A DNA stretch of 50,099 nt. It comes from Tolumonas sp. Its GTDB lineage: Bacteria > Pseudomonadota > Gammaproteobacteria > Enterobacterales > Aeromonadaceae. This document shows, in pieces, positions 28,329-38,240 of this stretch. Position 1 is the stretch's first letter; every line of letters starts with the position of its first letter. The notes beneath the pieces were generated by a model that searched no databases, was not told where the DNA came from, and saw only the letters and a program-made list of their open reading frames with translations. The translations under genes were made by a program, and so were the position numbers. Location: the NCBI GenBank assembly GCA_003251455.1, contig QKFI01000233.1, positions 1 to 50,099 of the forward strand. Direction: 5' to 3'.

Positions 28329-29326
28329 CGGTTGGCTTCCTCCATGTTCAGTGGGTAATGACAGTAATAGAGATGTCCCTTCGTACTTTGGTTCACATGT
28401 GGTGTCTGGACACAGAGTTTTTGTGCATACGGACAGCGGGGCCCGAGGCGACAACCAATAGGAAGATGCTGTAGGGAAGGAATAGAGCCTGGCAAAGTTT
28501 CCAGTTTTGATTTATGTGGCAGATCCTGAGAAAAATCAGGCAAAGCATTCAACAATGCAGCTGTGTATGGATGGTGCGGTGATTTCAACATGACTTCACG
28601 GGAGCCGGTTTCAACCATCTGCCCGCAATACATTACGCTGATACTGTCCGCCAAGTTCGCGATGGCATCCATGTCATTACTGATCAGCAGGATCGTTGTA
28701 TGGTTGACCACATTCATTTTATCCAGCAGACGAAGGATCTGCGCTTGCGTGGTTGCTTCCATTGCACTGATGGGTTCATCAGCAATCAGAAGTCGTGGTT
28801 TTACCGCGATAGCCATTGCGATCATCACTTTCTGGCAAATCCCATCTGAAAGCTCATGCGGATAAGCATTCATGACTTTTTCGTGATCTTTAACCCCGAC
28901 ACGGTGAAGCAGAGCTTTTGCATGTTTTTTTCGCCAGAAAATCCGTTGCCACCATTTACCTTCAAATACACGGTTTGGAATGGCCTCGATTAATTGATCA
29001 CCAACGGGAACAGAGGGATCAAAACACGATACCGGTTCTTGAAAGATCATCGCGATATTTTCAGCGATAAAATGGCGACGTTCCCGCGGTGTTAATTCAA
29101 GAACATTGATGTCACAGATCTTCATTCGATCTGCGCTGATATGCCAGTTGTTTTTGGTGATCCCAACCAGTGCTTTCGCAACCAGACTTTTCCCTGAACC
29201 GGATTCACCAACCAAGCCGCGCACTTCACCTTCATTGATCGTGAGACTAAGTTTATCAACGACTTTAACCCGACCTTCGGAAGTATCAATTTCAATCGTT
29301 AAATTTCGGATATCTAGCAACGGCAT
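28325..29326 (-). CDS. sapD: Sap ABC transporter ATPase SapD
   Basis: MPLLDIRNLTIE, GESGSGKS, CQKVMIA, GCRLGPRCPYAQ. Confidence 0.93.
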   Translation of the reverse strand: MPLLDIRNLTIEIDTSEGRVKVVDKLSLTINEGEVRGLVGESGSGKSLVAKALVGITKNNWHISADRMKICDINVLELTPRERRHFIAENIAMIFQEPVSCFDPSVPVGDQLIEAIPNRVFEGKWWQRIFWRKKHAKALLHRVGVKDHEKVMNAYPHELSDGICQKVMIAMAIAVKPRLLIADEPISAMEATTQAQILRLLDKMNVVNHTTILLISNDMDAIANLADSISVMYCGQMVETGSREVMLKSPHHPYTAALLNALPDFSQDLPHKSKLETLPGSIPSLQHLPIGCRLGPRCPYAQKLCVQTPHVNQSTKGHLYYCHYPLNMEEANR

Positions 29327-30217
29327 TATTCATTTCCTTGCTGCAATGCTTTACGTAAACCTTCACCAAGAAAGTTTGTAGCGACGACACTGAGCATGAT
29401 CGCCATCCCGGGTAAGATGACATTCCACGGTGCGATATAAGATAAATCAAGACTATCTGCGATCATGGTGCCCCATTCTGGTTGCGGTGATTGCGCTCCG
29501 ATCCCCAAAAAGCAAACAGCACTGATATCCAGAATTGCAACCGATAAAGCCCTCGTTGCCTGTGCGACGATAACATCAATGATATTCGGAAAGATGGCCA
29601 GACGAAGGATACGCCATGGTGTTGAGCCATCCAGCCTTACCGCAGTGATATATTCTTTAGCTGCAATCTCTCGCACTGCGTTATAGGACGCTCTGATGAA
29701 CTGGGGGATCAGTGCCAGTGTAATGGCTATTAATGCGTTTTCAAGGCTGGCCCATCAGCGAGACCAATACGATGGCCAGTAATAATGATGGAATGGACAA
29801 TAAGATATCCAGCATGTGATGAAGAATACTGGAGGCAAGCCCTCGTAACATTCCTGCTGCAATTCCGATGCTGATACCGATGAACAGTGCTATTACACAA
29901 GCGAACAAAGCACTACCGAAAGTGAGCTGTGCGCCATAGAGCAAACGGGAGAGAACATCTCTACCCAAATCATCCGTTCCTAAAAAGTAGGATAACGAGC
30001 CTTTGCTGTCCCATGATGGAGGAAACAGCAACGCAGTCGCGTTTTGATTAAATGGATCATGGCTGGCAATGGTTGGACCAAAAATGGCGATGAAAATATA
30101 AAAAAGAAACATCCACAACCCGACCATCCCGCGAATATCCTGTCGGAAGGTATTCCACGTCTGAGTCAGCGGAGAAGGGATCTTGATTTCAGGATAGACC
30201 CTAACCTTGCTGGGCAT
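29326..30217 (-). pseudogene. sapC: Sap permease SapC, frameshifted at about 29750 (2 nt missing from a G/C run; probably a sequencing error)
   Basis: LGTDDLGRDVLSRL in the N-terminal part and PQPEWG in the C-terminal part; ATGGGCCAGC should read M-G-P-S; 892+2 nt gives 297 aa. Confidence 0.88.
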
Positions 30218-31163
30218 ACAACTCTTTCCTTTTAGCCGGATAGAACAGGACCGTAACGATCTCTGCAAGGATATTAATAATAATCAGTACAATCGCGATC
30301 ACGACCATACAAGCCTGAACAGATTCATAGTCTCGCGCTACGATACTGCTGACTAGCCAACGTCCTAGTCCCGGCCATTCAAACATCTGTTCAGTGATGA
30401 TGGCTGAAGTCACAAGGGTACCGAATTGCATACTCAGAACAGGAATGATTGGCGGTAATGCGTTTCGTAATCCGTGACGGAAGACGACTGTCAGGGTGGA
30501 ATGTCCGCGACTTAAGGCGGCTTTGATATAATTTTGGTTTAAGACTTCGATCATTGAGTTTCTGACCAAACGAAATACTTCTGTCGTTGTTGTCATCGCA
30601 AGGACACAAGAAGGGAGCACTAAGTGTAGTAGTGCATTTAGCATGGCATCAAAACGATAAGGCGCATCAGACAGCAAGCAGTCTAATAGACTGAATCCGG
30701 TGACTGGTTTGATTTGATATAAAAGACTTAACTGCCCGGATGAAGGGAACCAGCCAAATTGCATTGCCAGAATCATGGTCGCCAGTGTCGCAAGCCAGTA
30801 CACAGGAATGGAGAAACCCAGCAGACTGACGTTCGAGATAATATGATCCGGCAGGCGCTCGTTATAAAGTGCTGCGATGGTCCCCAGCAATACACCAACG
30901 AGTGTGGCAACAATTGCACCTGAAATAATGAGGCCAAGTGTTGCAGGAAGATAATGTAATACACTGTTGAAAACAGGTTGGCCTGTTGTGACAGATATTC
31001 CCCATTCACCACTGAAGAAGCGATTCAGATAATGGAAATAACCTTCTACCATGCTGATAGTCGGGTAGGTTCTTATCTGCTGATCGATCATGAACGCGAA
31101 AATGCTGAGCAACAAAAGCGTAAAAAACAGCAGGCTTAAACGTCTCAGAATATAGTTAAGCAC
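30201..31163 (-). CDS. sapB: Sap permease SapB
   Basis: GFSIPVYW, QNYIKAA..RG, HGLRNALPP, FEWPGLGRWL. Confidence 0.92.
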   Translation of the reverse strand: MLNYILRRLSLLFFTLLLLSIFAFMIDQQIRTYPTISMVEGYFHYLNRFFSGEWGISVTTGQPVFNSVLHYLPATLGLIISGAIVATLVGVLLGTIAALYNERLPDHIISNVSLLGFSIPVYWLATLATMILAMQFGWFPSSGQLSLLYQIKPVTGFSLLDCLLSDAPYRFDAMLNALLHLVLPSCVLAMTTTTEVFRLVRNSMIEVLNQNYIKAALSRGHSTLTVVFRHGLRNALPPIIPVLSMQFGTLVTSAIITEQMFEWPGLGRWLVSSIVARDYESVQACMVVIAIVLIIINILAEIVTVLFYPAKRKELYAQQG

Positions 31164-31165
31164 GG

Positions 31166-32767
31166 TTATTCCTCCCTATAAGCCTTTTTAAAGGATACTC
31201 CACCCGTGGGAGGCATAATAATGTCATGAATACTTTTTAAATAAGCGCTGACCATCAATGCGTGAGCCAGCGGGATCACAGGTACCTCTTCGTAAATCAG
31301 TTCCTGGGAGCGGTGATATTCGTTAATACGATCTGATAATCGTTGTGTACTCAATGCTCTATCAAGCGTGCTATCAAACTCTTCATTACACCATCCGGAG
31401 AAATTATTCAGCGCTTTACAGCTTAAGAGCGGACGAAGAAAGTTGTCTGGATCATCGTTATCAGCAACCCATGAGAGCAGTGCTAAATCATGATCGCCAG
31501 CGATCAGATGTTCTCGCATATATGACCAGCTAGGTTCGACGATCTCTACATCAATCCCAATTCTGGCAAGGTCACCTTGAATGAGTTGAGCAGTTTTTGA
31601 TGCGTCCGGATTATAGGTTCGAGCAATTGGTTGAACCCATAAGGCTAAATTAAAACCGTTCGGATAACCTGCTTCCGCCAGCATTTTAATAGCTTTTTGC
31701 GGGCTATAATAATACTCCTCCAAGTTTGGATTATGTGCCCACGATGCTGGTGGTAACAAACTGCTTGCTGCTTCTCCGGTATCGAAAAATACGGCTTGCT
31801 GCAGGTTATCCCGATTAATTGCCATCGCAATGGCCTGCCGGACTTTCAGATTATTCAGTGGTTTTTTCTTGGTATTAATTACCAAAATCGTGGAATTCAT
31901 ACTGTTTTGGATATCTAAATCAGTCCGTGGATTATCCCGAATAAACGGTAATTGGCTGGCTGCGGGGGTAGCGATGACCTGACATTCACCGGTAAATAGC
32001 TTTTGTAGTCGTTTTGATGCTCGGGGCGTATAGTCAAACACGATTTGCTCGAGTTTAGGTTCCGATCCCCAGTAATTCGGATTACGTGTCAGACGAAGAT
32101 ATTCGTTGGTTCGCTTTTCCAGCAACTGATAAGGACCTGTTCCCACCGGATATTCATCGATATCGCCCAACTTTTTCTGCTTTTGCAATTGTTCTGCATA
32201 TTCAGCCGATAAAATGACGGCGTAATCACTGGCAAGTGTTGCCATGAAAGATGCGTCAGGATGGATGAGAATGAACTGAACCTGATAATCATTTATTTTG
32301 CGGACACTTTGCAAAACTTTCGAAAAGCGCAGGTTATCAAAAAACGGATACGCACTCCCGGAAACAATGTGGTATGGATTGTTTTGATCAATGATGCGGC
32401 TGAAGCTAAAAACCACGTCCTCGGCATTCATTGGACGGGTTGGCGTGAACCATTCGGTATGATGGAATTGAATATTTTGTTTTAAATCAAAAGTATAAAC
32501 CACACCATTCCGACTGACACTCCATCGCTCAGCAAGCGCGCTGTCCAAGCGTTGTGTCACGGGGTTGATTTCGATGAGTCGGTTATAGACCTGTTGTGAG
32601 AGTGACGCGACGAAAGGGCTGGAGCCCAGAATTTGGGGATTCAGATACTGGCTAAAACTATCCACACAATAAATTGCACCTGTGTTTTTGGCCGATACTG
32701 CTGGTTTACATCCAACCAGTAGCAAACAAGTGGTGAAAACACATAAAAGATATGAATACAATCGCAT
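31166..32767 (-). CDS. sapA: Sap substrate-binding lipoprotein SapA
   Basis: Lipobox LVGC; FHHTEWFTPTR.MNA.DVVFSF, PVGTGPY, DPDNFLRPLLSC. Confidence 0.92.
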   Translation of the reverse strand: MRLYSYLLCVFTTCLLLVGCKPAVSAKNTGAIYCVDSFSQYLNPQILGSSPFVASLSQQVYNRLIEINPVTQRLDSALAERWSVSRNGVVYTFDLKQNIQFHHTEWFTPTRPMNAEDVVFSFSRIIDQNNPYHIVSGSAYPFFDNLRFSKVLQSVRKINDYQVQFILIHPDASFMATLASDYAVILSAEYAEQLQKQKKLGDIDEYPVGTGPYQLLEKRTNEYLRLTRNPNYWGSEPKLEQIVFDYTPRASKRLQKLFTGECQVIATPAASQLPFIRDNPRTDLDIQNSMNSTILVINTKKKPLNNLKVRQAIAMAINRDNLQQAVFFDTGEAASSLLPPASWAHNPNLEEYYYSPQKAIKMLAEAGYPNGFNLALWVQPIARTYNPDASKTAQLIQGDLARIGIDVEIVEPSWSYMREHLIAGDHDLALLSWVADNDDPDNFLRPLLSCKALNNFSGWCNEEFDSTLDRALSTQRLSDRINEYHRSQELIYEEVPVIPLAHALMVSAYLKSIHDIIMPPTGGVSFKKAYREE

Positions 32768-32846
32768 AACAGACCCGTTCTAATCTCATGCCATATCGGT
32801 GAGAATTCGCTTAAGTGCTGATTATAACTCGACTTATTGTGAAGTG

Positions 32847-32875
32847 CTTGTTTAAGGTGCCAGGCATCCCCATAC
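32847..32875 (+). promoter_or_regulatory. sigma32-like promoter of ycjXF
   Basis: CTTGTT-15 nt-CCCCATAC versus the consensus CTTGAA-N13-17-CCCCATNT; ycjXF belongs to the E. coli sigma32 regulon. Confidence 0.6.
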
Positions 32876-32914
32876 TGGTTATATAGCAATCTATTTGTAT
32901 TGCCGGAGGCATCT

Positions 32915-34321
32915 GTGGCTGAACATGCGCGTTGGCAACAATTACAACGTAATGTTGATACATTATGGAACCGAGCTTGGGATCGTCATCTTCGATTGGC
33001 TGTGACAGGTTTGGCGAGAAGTGGGAAAACTGCATTTGTCACATCATTGGTGGAACAGCTGGAAAGTGCGGGGTTTGAAGCGCGTTTACCACACTGGCAA
33101 GTCTTGCAACGCGGGCGTTTTCTAGGCGCTCAGCAGGTTCTTCAAACCAATGCACATATTCCTTCTTTTGCCTATAAGCAAGCACAGGCCTCTTTACGTC
33201 ATGATCCACCCGTCTGGCCTGAACCCACGAAAATACTCAGTGAAATCCGGATTGAACTTCGTTTCAGAAGCCAGCATTTCCTGCGACAAAAATTAGGAAA
33301 TGACGTCTGTCGTTTATATCTGGATATTGTTGATTATCCGGGAGAATGGTTGCTCGATCTCCCGCTACTGGATTTGAATTATCAGTCCTGGAGTGAATTG
33401 ATCCGGAGTCAGCTTATCCAGCCGGAACGGCGGAAAATAGCCGGGCGCTGGTTACAACATGTGTCTGGTTGGCAATCTGAAGACAATGCAGAAGCGCGAG
33501 TTGATGATGTCATTCATGCTGCTGAGCTTTATACCGCGTATCTGCATCAATGTCGTAGTGTACTGGGCTTACAAAGTATCCAGCCGGGGCGGTTTGTTCT
33601 CCCTGGAGAGTTTGCAGGTGCGCCGTTACTGCAGTTTGTGCCCTGGACGGGCGATTTCCCAGCACACTCAGCTTCGAAAAATTCATTATTCCATTTGATG
33701 GAATCCCGATATGAATCTTACAAGGAACATGTAGTCCGTCAGTTCTATCGTGAACATTTCTCTGGTTTTGATCGTCAGATAGTGCTGGTGGATTGTTTAC
33801 ATGGATTGATGGCCGGTGAGGCTGCAATTCTTGATTTACAAGACACGTTAAACCGTATTCTGAAAAGTTTTCAATATGGGCAAAATGGCTGGTGGCGACG
33901 TTTGTTTTCCCCGCGTATTGATAAGCTTTTATTTGTTGCCACGAAAGCGGATCATGTCACACCGGAACAACATCCATCGTTATTGAAACTGTTGAAAGAA
34001 ATAGTGCAGGGGGGGATTGCGAATGCTCGTTTTGAGGGGATTGAGCTTGAAAATATGGTGATGGCCGCTATCAAGTCCTCGGAATACCATCAAGTAAATT
34101 ACGAAGGTCGTTCATTGACCGTTTTACATGGGTGTGATTTACAAAATCATGAAATTGCTCTATTTCCGGGGCAAATACCGGATCACATTCCTGATCCTTC
34201 ATTCTGGCAAAACAAGTCGCTGCAGATCCCTGTTTTAAGACCGCCAGTAACACAGGGAGTTCATACCCATATACGTCTGGATCAAGCGCTTGAGTTTCTG
34301 CTGGGAGATAAAATGGCATGA
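32915..34321 (+). CDS. ycjX: YcjX family GTPase/ATPase
   Basis: RLAVTGLARSGKTAF, DIVDYPGEWLLDLPL, QPGRF, ATKADH, HIRLDQALEFLLGD; GGAGG precedes GTG 32915. Confidence 0.95.
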   Translation: MAEHARWQQLQRNVDTLWNRAWDRHLRLAVTGLARSGKTAFVTSLVEQLESAGFEARLPHWQVLQRGRFLGAQQVLQTNAHIPSFAYKQAQASLRHDPPVWPEPTKILSEIRIELRFRSQHFLRQKLGNDVCRLYLDIVDYPGEWLLDLPLLDLNYQSWSELIRSQLIQPERRKIAGRWLQHVSGWQSEDNAEARVDDVIHAAELYTAYLHQCRSVLGLQSIQPGRFVLPGEFAGAPLLQFVPWTGDFPAHSASKNSLFHLMESRYESYKEHVVRQFYREHFSGFDRQIVLVDCLHGLMAGEAAILDLQDTLNRILKSFQYGQNGWWRRLFSPRIDKLLFVATKADHVTPEQHPSLLKLLKEIVQGGIANARFEGIELENMVMAAIKSSEYHQVNYEGRSLTVLHGCDLQNHEIALFPGQIPDHIPDPSFWQNKSLQIPVLRPPVTQGVHTHIRLDQALEFLLGDKMA

Positions 34322-35409
34322 CAAATAAACCATCAGAAAAACAGAAAGAGACAAATGGTTCCGTTTCTGTTCCTGTTTCTATATTAAAAAACCAACCAAA
34401 GAAAACAGATGATCAGTCTGCTATTCAGGTCCATCCGGATGTGCTGGAAAATAGTATCGAAATGGATACTGAATGGGCTGAGCAGACGATAAACGTAGAT
34501 AAAAAACAACGTTCAAGTCACAGAGGATTATTGATTTCGGTTGTTTTAATTACTTTCTTGGGTGTTGGACAACTGGGTGTTGATTTATACACAACAGCAC
34601 AGCAGGGGGAGTGGTTTTCATTTATCTGGTCTCTTATCTGGCTGGTTGGTATTGGTGGTGTTGTGCGTTTGATTTTTAAGGAGTGGCGAACAATCAGAGC
34701 ACTTCGAAGAACCGAAAAATCACGCTATAAAGCAGATATGCTGGCTGTGGATCAGGGGAAAAATGATGCGGTTGAGTTCTGTAAGCAATTAGCAAAAGAC
34801 TTAAACATTATTCATTTACCTGTTTATGAACAATGGCAGTTACAGATTGAGATGCATCATACCAACGCCGAGGTGATGCATTTATTCAATCAATTGGTAT
34901 TGAAAGATTTAGATGATGAAGCTTTAGCATTGGTCATGAATAACAGTGCAAAAACAGCATTGATGGTTGCGGCCAGCCCCTTAGCTCTTGCGGATATGGT
35001 TTTGGTGTTATGGCGTAGTCTGAAGATGATTCGACAGATAGCAACGCTGTATCAGATTAAATTAAGTTATTGGTCGTTGATCGCGCTTATGCGGCAGATC
35101 TTAAAACATATGGTATTTGCCGGAACCGCGGAACTTGCGACTGAATTGGGAAGTGACTGGTTTGCATCAGAGCTGACAACAAAAGTTTCCGCAAAACTGG
35201 CGCAAGGACTAGGAGCAGGTTTGTTATCGGCTCGACTTGGATTACAGACAATTCAACAATGCAGACCTTTAAGCATGTCCAAAAAGGATAAGCCGACGTT
35301 ATCAAAAATTCGAAGAACACTTATAACTGAATTAACGTCAACGATGACCACACTTTTTAAAGAAAGTCTGATGCAACAAGAGGTAATGGATAAAAAGAAA
35401 CCGGAATAA
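34318..35409 (+). CDS. ycjF: YcjF (UPF0283) membrane protein
   Basis: VAASPLALADM, AQGLGAGLLSARLG, CRPL. Confidence 0.93.
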   Translation: MTNKPSEKQKETNGSVSVPVSILKNQPKKTDDQSAIQVHPDVLENSIEMDTEWAEQTINVDKKQRSSHRGLLISVVLITFLGVGQLGVDLYTTAQQGEWFSFIWSLIWLVGIGGVVRLIFKEWRTIRALRRTEKSRYKADMLAVDQGKNDAVEFCKQLAKDLNIIHLPVYEQWQLQIEMHHTNAEVMHLFNQLVLKDLDDEALALVMNNSAKTALMVAASPLALADMVLVLWRSLKMIRQIATLYQIKLSYWSLIALMRQILKHMVFAGTAELATELGSDWFASELTTKVSAKLAQGLGAGLLSARLGLQTIQQCRPLSMSKKDKPTLSKIRRTLITELTSTMTTLFKESLMQQEVMDKKKPE

Positions 35410-35423
35410 TCCGGTTTCTTTTT
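35392..35423. terminator. bidirectional terminator overlapping the ycjF stop codon
   Basis: AAAAAGAAACCGGA-ATAA-TCCGGTTTCTTTTT. Confidence 0.8.
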
Positions 35424-35433
35424 ATTTTATTAT

Positions 35434-36819
35434 TTACGATAGTTGAAATGTGCAAGGTAATTCCACATGCATGCACAACCCGCCTCTTGGCCGATTCAAT
35501 GCCTGAATGATACCGCCATGAGCATCAATTGCCCGTTTGGTAATCGCTAATCCCAATCCGGCGCCAGGATTATTATTACTTCGGAAAAACGGACGGAAAA
35601 TTGAATCCAGGTCGTTTTCCGCAATGCCCGGGCCATCATCAGCAATATCAATTCCGAGCCTGTCTGGTGTGATTTGGTAAATACTAATCTCGATGTGGCA
35701 ACCTCGACCCGCATGTTTTAATGCGTTTCGGATTAAATTATCAAAAGCTCTCAGTAATAGTTCCCCTCGACTTTGGAGGATAATTCCTTCTGGTAGCTTC
35801 TCATCAAGTTGTAAGACAATACTACTGCCAGTGTCTTTGGCTTCAAACTGAGCATCGTCTGCAAGCGATTTCAACAATTCAATGAGGTCAATATAATCTT
35901 CTTTCGGTTGAGGAACACCGGATTCCATTCTTGCCAGTGTCAGAACTTCACCAACCAGGTTATCAAGGCGATGGCATTCCTGTTCAATGCGTTGAAGCAT
36001 TTGTTCGGAAGATTCTGGTTTTTGTCGCAACAAACCAATTGCTAATTGAAGCCTGGCAAGCGGTGAGCGTAAATCATGAGACACGTCATGTAGCAAACGA
36101 CGTTGAGCCTCAATTAATTGTTTCAGTTGATGCGCCATGACATCCGTATCACGCCCGAGCTCAGAAAATTCATCAAGACGTTTTCCAAGTTTTTGCGATA
36201 CATGGATATCAAAATTTCCACCCGCGACCTGTTTGATATTGTCTCTTAACGTCTTAATCGGTCGGGAAATCGTGTTGGCCAACAGGCTGCTGAATAGCAG
36301 GCTTACAATCACTAATACCAATAACGGTAATGCGGGAACATCAAAAATTTCAAAAATAAAATTGTAAGGGAAAGGGGGCGTATGTTGCGGTAAATACACC
36401 CAGTATTCTTCTTTTTGCGGGGTAGTGACGCGTTCTAATCCGGGTTGATTTGGATTCGTTGCCGCAAGACGTTTGGCTTCATTAAAAATTTCCAGATCAA
36501 CGTTTCGACCGAAAATATCGTTGCCTTGTGCATTGACCACATAAGGCATTGGTGGACCAGGTGGATCCATTCCTTTTTTGACTTCTTCGATGTGACCTTT
36601 CTGCTCTATCGTAACGAGCTGCATTAATAGGTCTTTACCACCATTGGCCAATGTTTTTGCGATGGGTTCTGTAAAACCATTTGCTCGTTCGTCGATAACG
36701 AGTGGTTTATAAATTGCCTTCGCTTCCTGATACACAGTGACCAATGCACCAGTTCCGATGCCAGTGACTAACAAAGCAAGCCAGAAACTCAGTAAAATCT
36801 TCCAGAAAATCTGGCGCAT
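35434..36819 (-). CDS. sensor histidine kinase, CpxA-like (2 TM, HAMP, HisKA, HATPase)
   Basis: LLHDVSHDLRSPLARL, NLIRNA, DDGPG, GAGLGLAI. Confidence 0.9.
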   Translation of the reverse strand: MRQIFWKILLSFWLALLVTGIGTGALVTVYQEAKAIYKPLVIDERANGFTEPIAKTLANGGKDLLMQLVTIEQKGHIEEVKKGMDPPGPPMPYVVNAQGNDIFGRNVDLEIFNEAKRLAATNPNQPGLERVTTPQKEEYWVYLPQHTPPFPYNFIFEIFDVPALPLLVLVIVSLLFSSLLANTISRPIKTLRDNIKQVAGGNFDIHVSQKLGKRLDEFSELGRDTDVMAHQLKQLIEAQRRLLHDVSHDLRSPLARLQLAIGLLRQKPESSEQMLQRIEQECHRLDNLVGEVLTLARMESGVPQPKEDYIDLIELLKSLADDAQFEAKDTGSSIVLQLDEKLPEGIILQSRGELLLRAFDNLIRNALKHAGRGCHIEISIYQITPDRLGIDIADDGPGIAENDLDSIFRPFFRSNNNPGAGLGLAITKRAIDAHGGIIQALNRPRGGLCMHVELPCTFQLS

Positions 36820-36821
36820 AT

Positions 36822-37511
36822 TTATTCGACAACCAATTGATAACCAATACCGCGAACAGTTTGTATCGGCGAGCGACCGTCTTTTAATAATCCAATTTTT
36901 TGTCTTAAATTACTCACATGAACGTCTATGCTGCGGTCATATCTGGCTAATGGACGTCCTAATGTATGCATGGACAAATCTTCTTTACTGATGGTTCGGC
37001 CGGCACGACGACAGAGCATTTCCAGTAAATTGAATTCCGTGCTGGTGAGCTCTAAAGGTTTTTCATTCCAGGTCGCATTTCGACTTGCCGCAGAAATACA
37101 AAGTGCACCGACCTTCAGCGGTTGAGTTTGGCCGTTATCCTGCTTTTCAGGATCGGCTCTGCGCAGGATTGCCCGAACACGAGCAACAAGCTCCCGAGGT
37201 GTGCATGGTTTGGATACATAGTCATCAGCACCCAGTTCGAGACCGATAATACGATCGATATCATCTCCTTTCGCTGTCAGCATTAGCACAGGCACATTAC
37301 TATGAATTCTTAAACGACGAAGTACATCAATACCACTCAGTTTTGGCATCATGACATCTAAAAGTACCAAATCGTAATCGCCACTCAGCGCTTCTTCTAA
37401 TCCGGCTTCACCGTCATGACACATTTGAACCGAAAATCCTTCATTGCTGAGGTATTCGCCCTGCATGCAACATAACTCCAGATCATCATCAACGAGTAAT
37501 AAACGAATCAT
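36822..37511 (-). CDS. OmpR-family response regulator, CpxR-like
   Basis: LLVDDD, LLDVMMP, MLTAKGDDIDRIIGLELGADDY, DRSIDVHVSNLR.K, TVRGIGY. Confidence 0.9.
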   Translation of the reverse strand: MIRLLLVDDDLELCCMQGEYLSNEGFSVQMCHDGEAGLEEALSGDYDLVLLDVMMPKLSGIDVLRRLRIHSNVPVLMLTAKGDDIDRIIGLELGADDYVSKPCTPRELVARVRAILRRADPEKQDNGQTQPLKVGALCISAASRNATWNEKPLELTSTEFNLLEMLCRRAGRTISKEDLSMHTLGRPLARYDRSIDVHVSNLRQKIGLLKDGRSPIQTVRGIGYQLVVE

Positions 37512-37594
37512 GTAAATTTTCCTAAGATAATACTCAGCGCAATCATACGGAGTCAGTAAAAGCGAACAATAGAGGAAGCAGATTTAAACCAATC

Positions 37595-37609
37595 TTTGCA
37601 TTATTTTAC
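37595..37609 (-). promoter_or_regulatory. CpxR-type direct-repeat box upstream of the response regulator
   Basis: GTAAA-ATAAT-GCAAA on the minus strand, 9/10 match to GTAAA-N5-GTAAA. Confidence 0.5.
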
Positions 37610-37610
37610 A

Positions 37611-38240
37611 TTATGGTTTTGCTTTATTGGCCGATAGTTCTTTGTTTATATAAGTCAATAAAACCTCGTTCATCATCTCTTGAATGACAGGCTGAGCTTG
37701 TGCAGTCGGATGAATACCGTCATCTCTCATCAATTCAGGATGAACAATCACTTTCTCCAGAAAAAATGGAAGCACAGGGACATTCATTTCCTGTGACAAA
37801 CGTGGATAAATACTCTCTATTTTCTCAATATAAGCTGCACCATAGTTTCGCGGAATGCGAATTTGCATCAATAGCGCCTTACTTTGGTGATCCTGAATGA
37901 TCTGAATAATCTTTTTCAGCGTTTGATATGGAACAGTCGGTGGAAAGCCACGGATGCCATCATTTGCGCCCAACTCTATCAGAACATAATCGGGTTTATA
38001 GCGCTCCATGAGTGGGGGTAAGCGTGCGAGCCCATCCTGAGTCGTACTTCCGCTAATACTGCTGTTAATGATGGATATGTTTTGTTTTTCTTGATTCCAT
38101 TGATTCTGAAGTAAGTTCGGCCAGCTTTCCTCTGCGGACATCATGTAGCCGGCGCTGAGACTGTCTCCTAGAATTAGTAAAGTGGTAGCATGGCTATAAA
38201 ACGAGCAAGCAGATAATAACATCAGTAGGATACCTCTCAT
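37611..38240 (-). CDS. tesA: GDSL arylesterase / acyl-CoA thioesterase I
   Basis: Signal peptide; LGDSLSAGY, ELGANDG, DDGIHP. Confidence 0.93.
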   Translation of the reverse strand: MRGILLMLLSACSFYSHATTLLILGDSLSAGYMMSAEESWPNLLQNQWNQEKQNISIINSSISGSTTQDGLARLPPLMERYKPDYVLIELGANDGIRGFPPTVPYQTLKKIIQIIQDHQSKALLMQIRIPRNYGAAYIEKIESIYPRLSQEMNVPVLPFFLEKVIVHPELMRDDGIHPTAQAQPVIQEMMNEVLLTYINKELSANKAKP

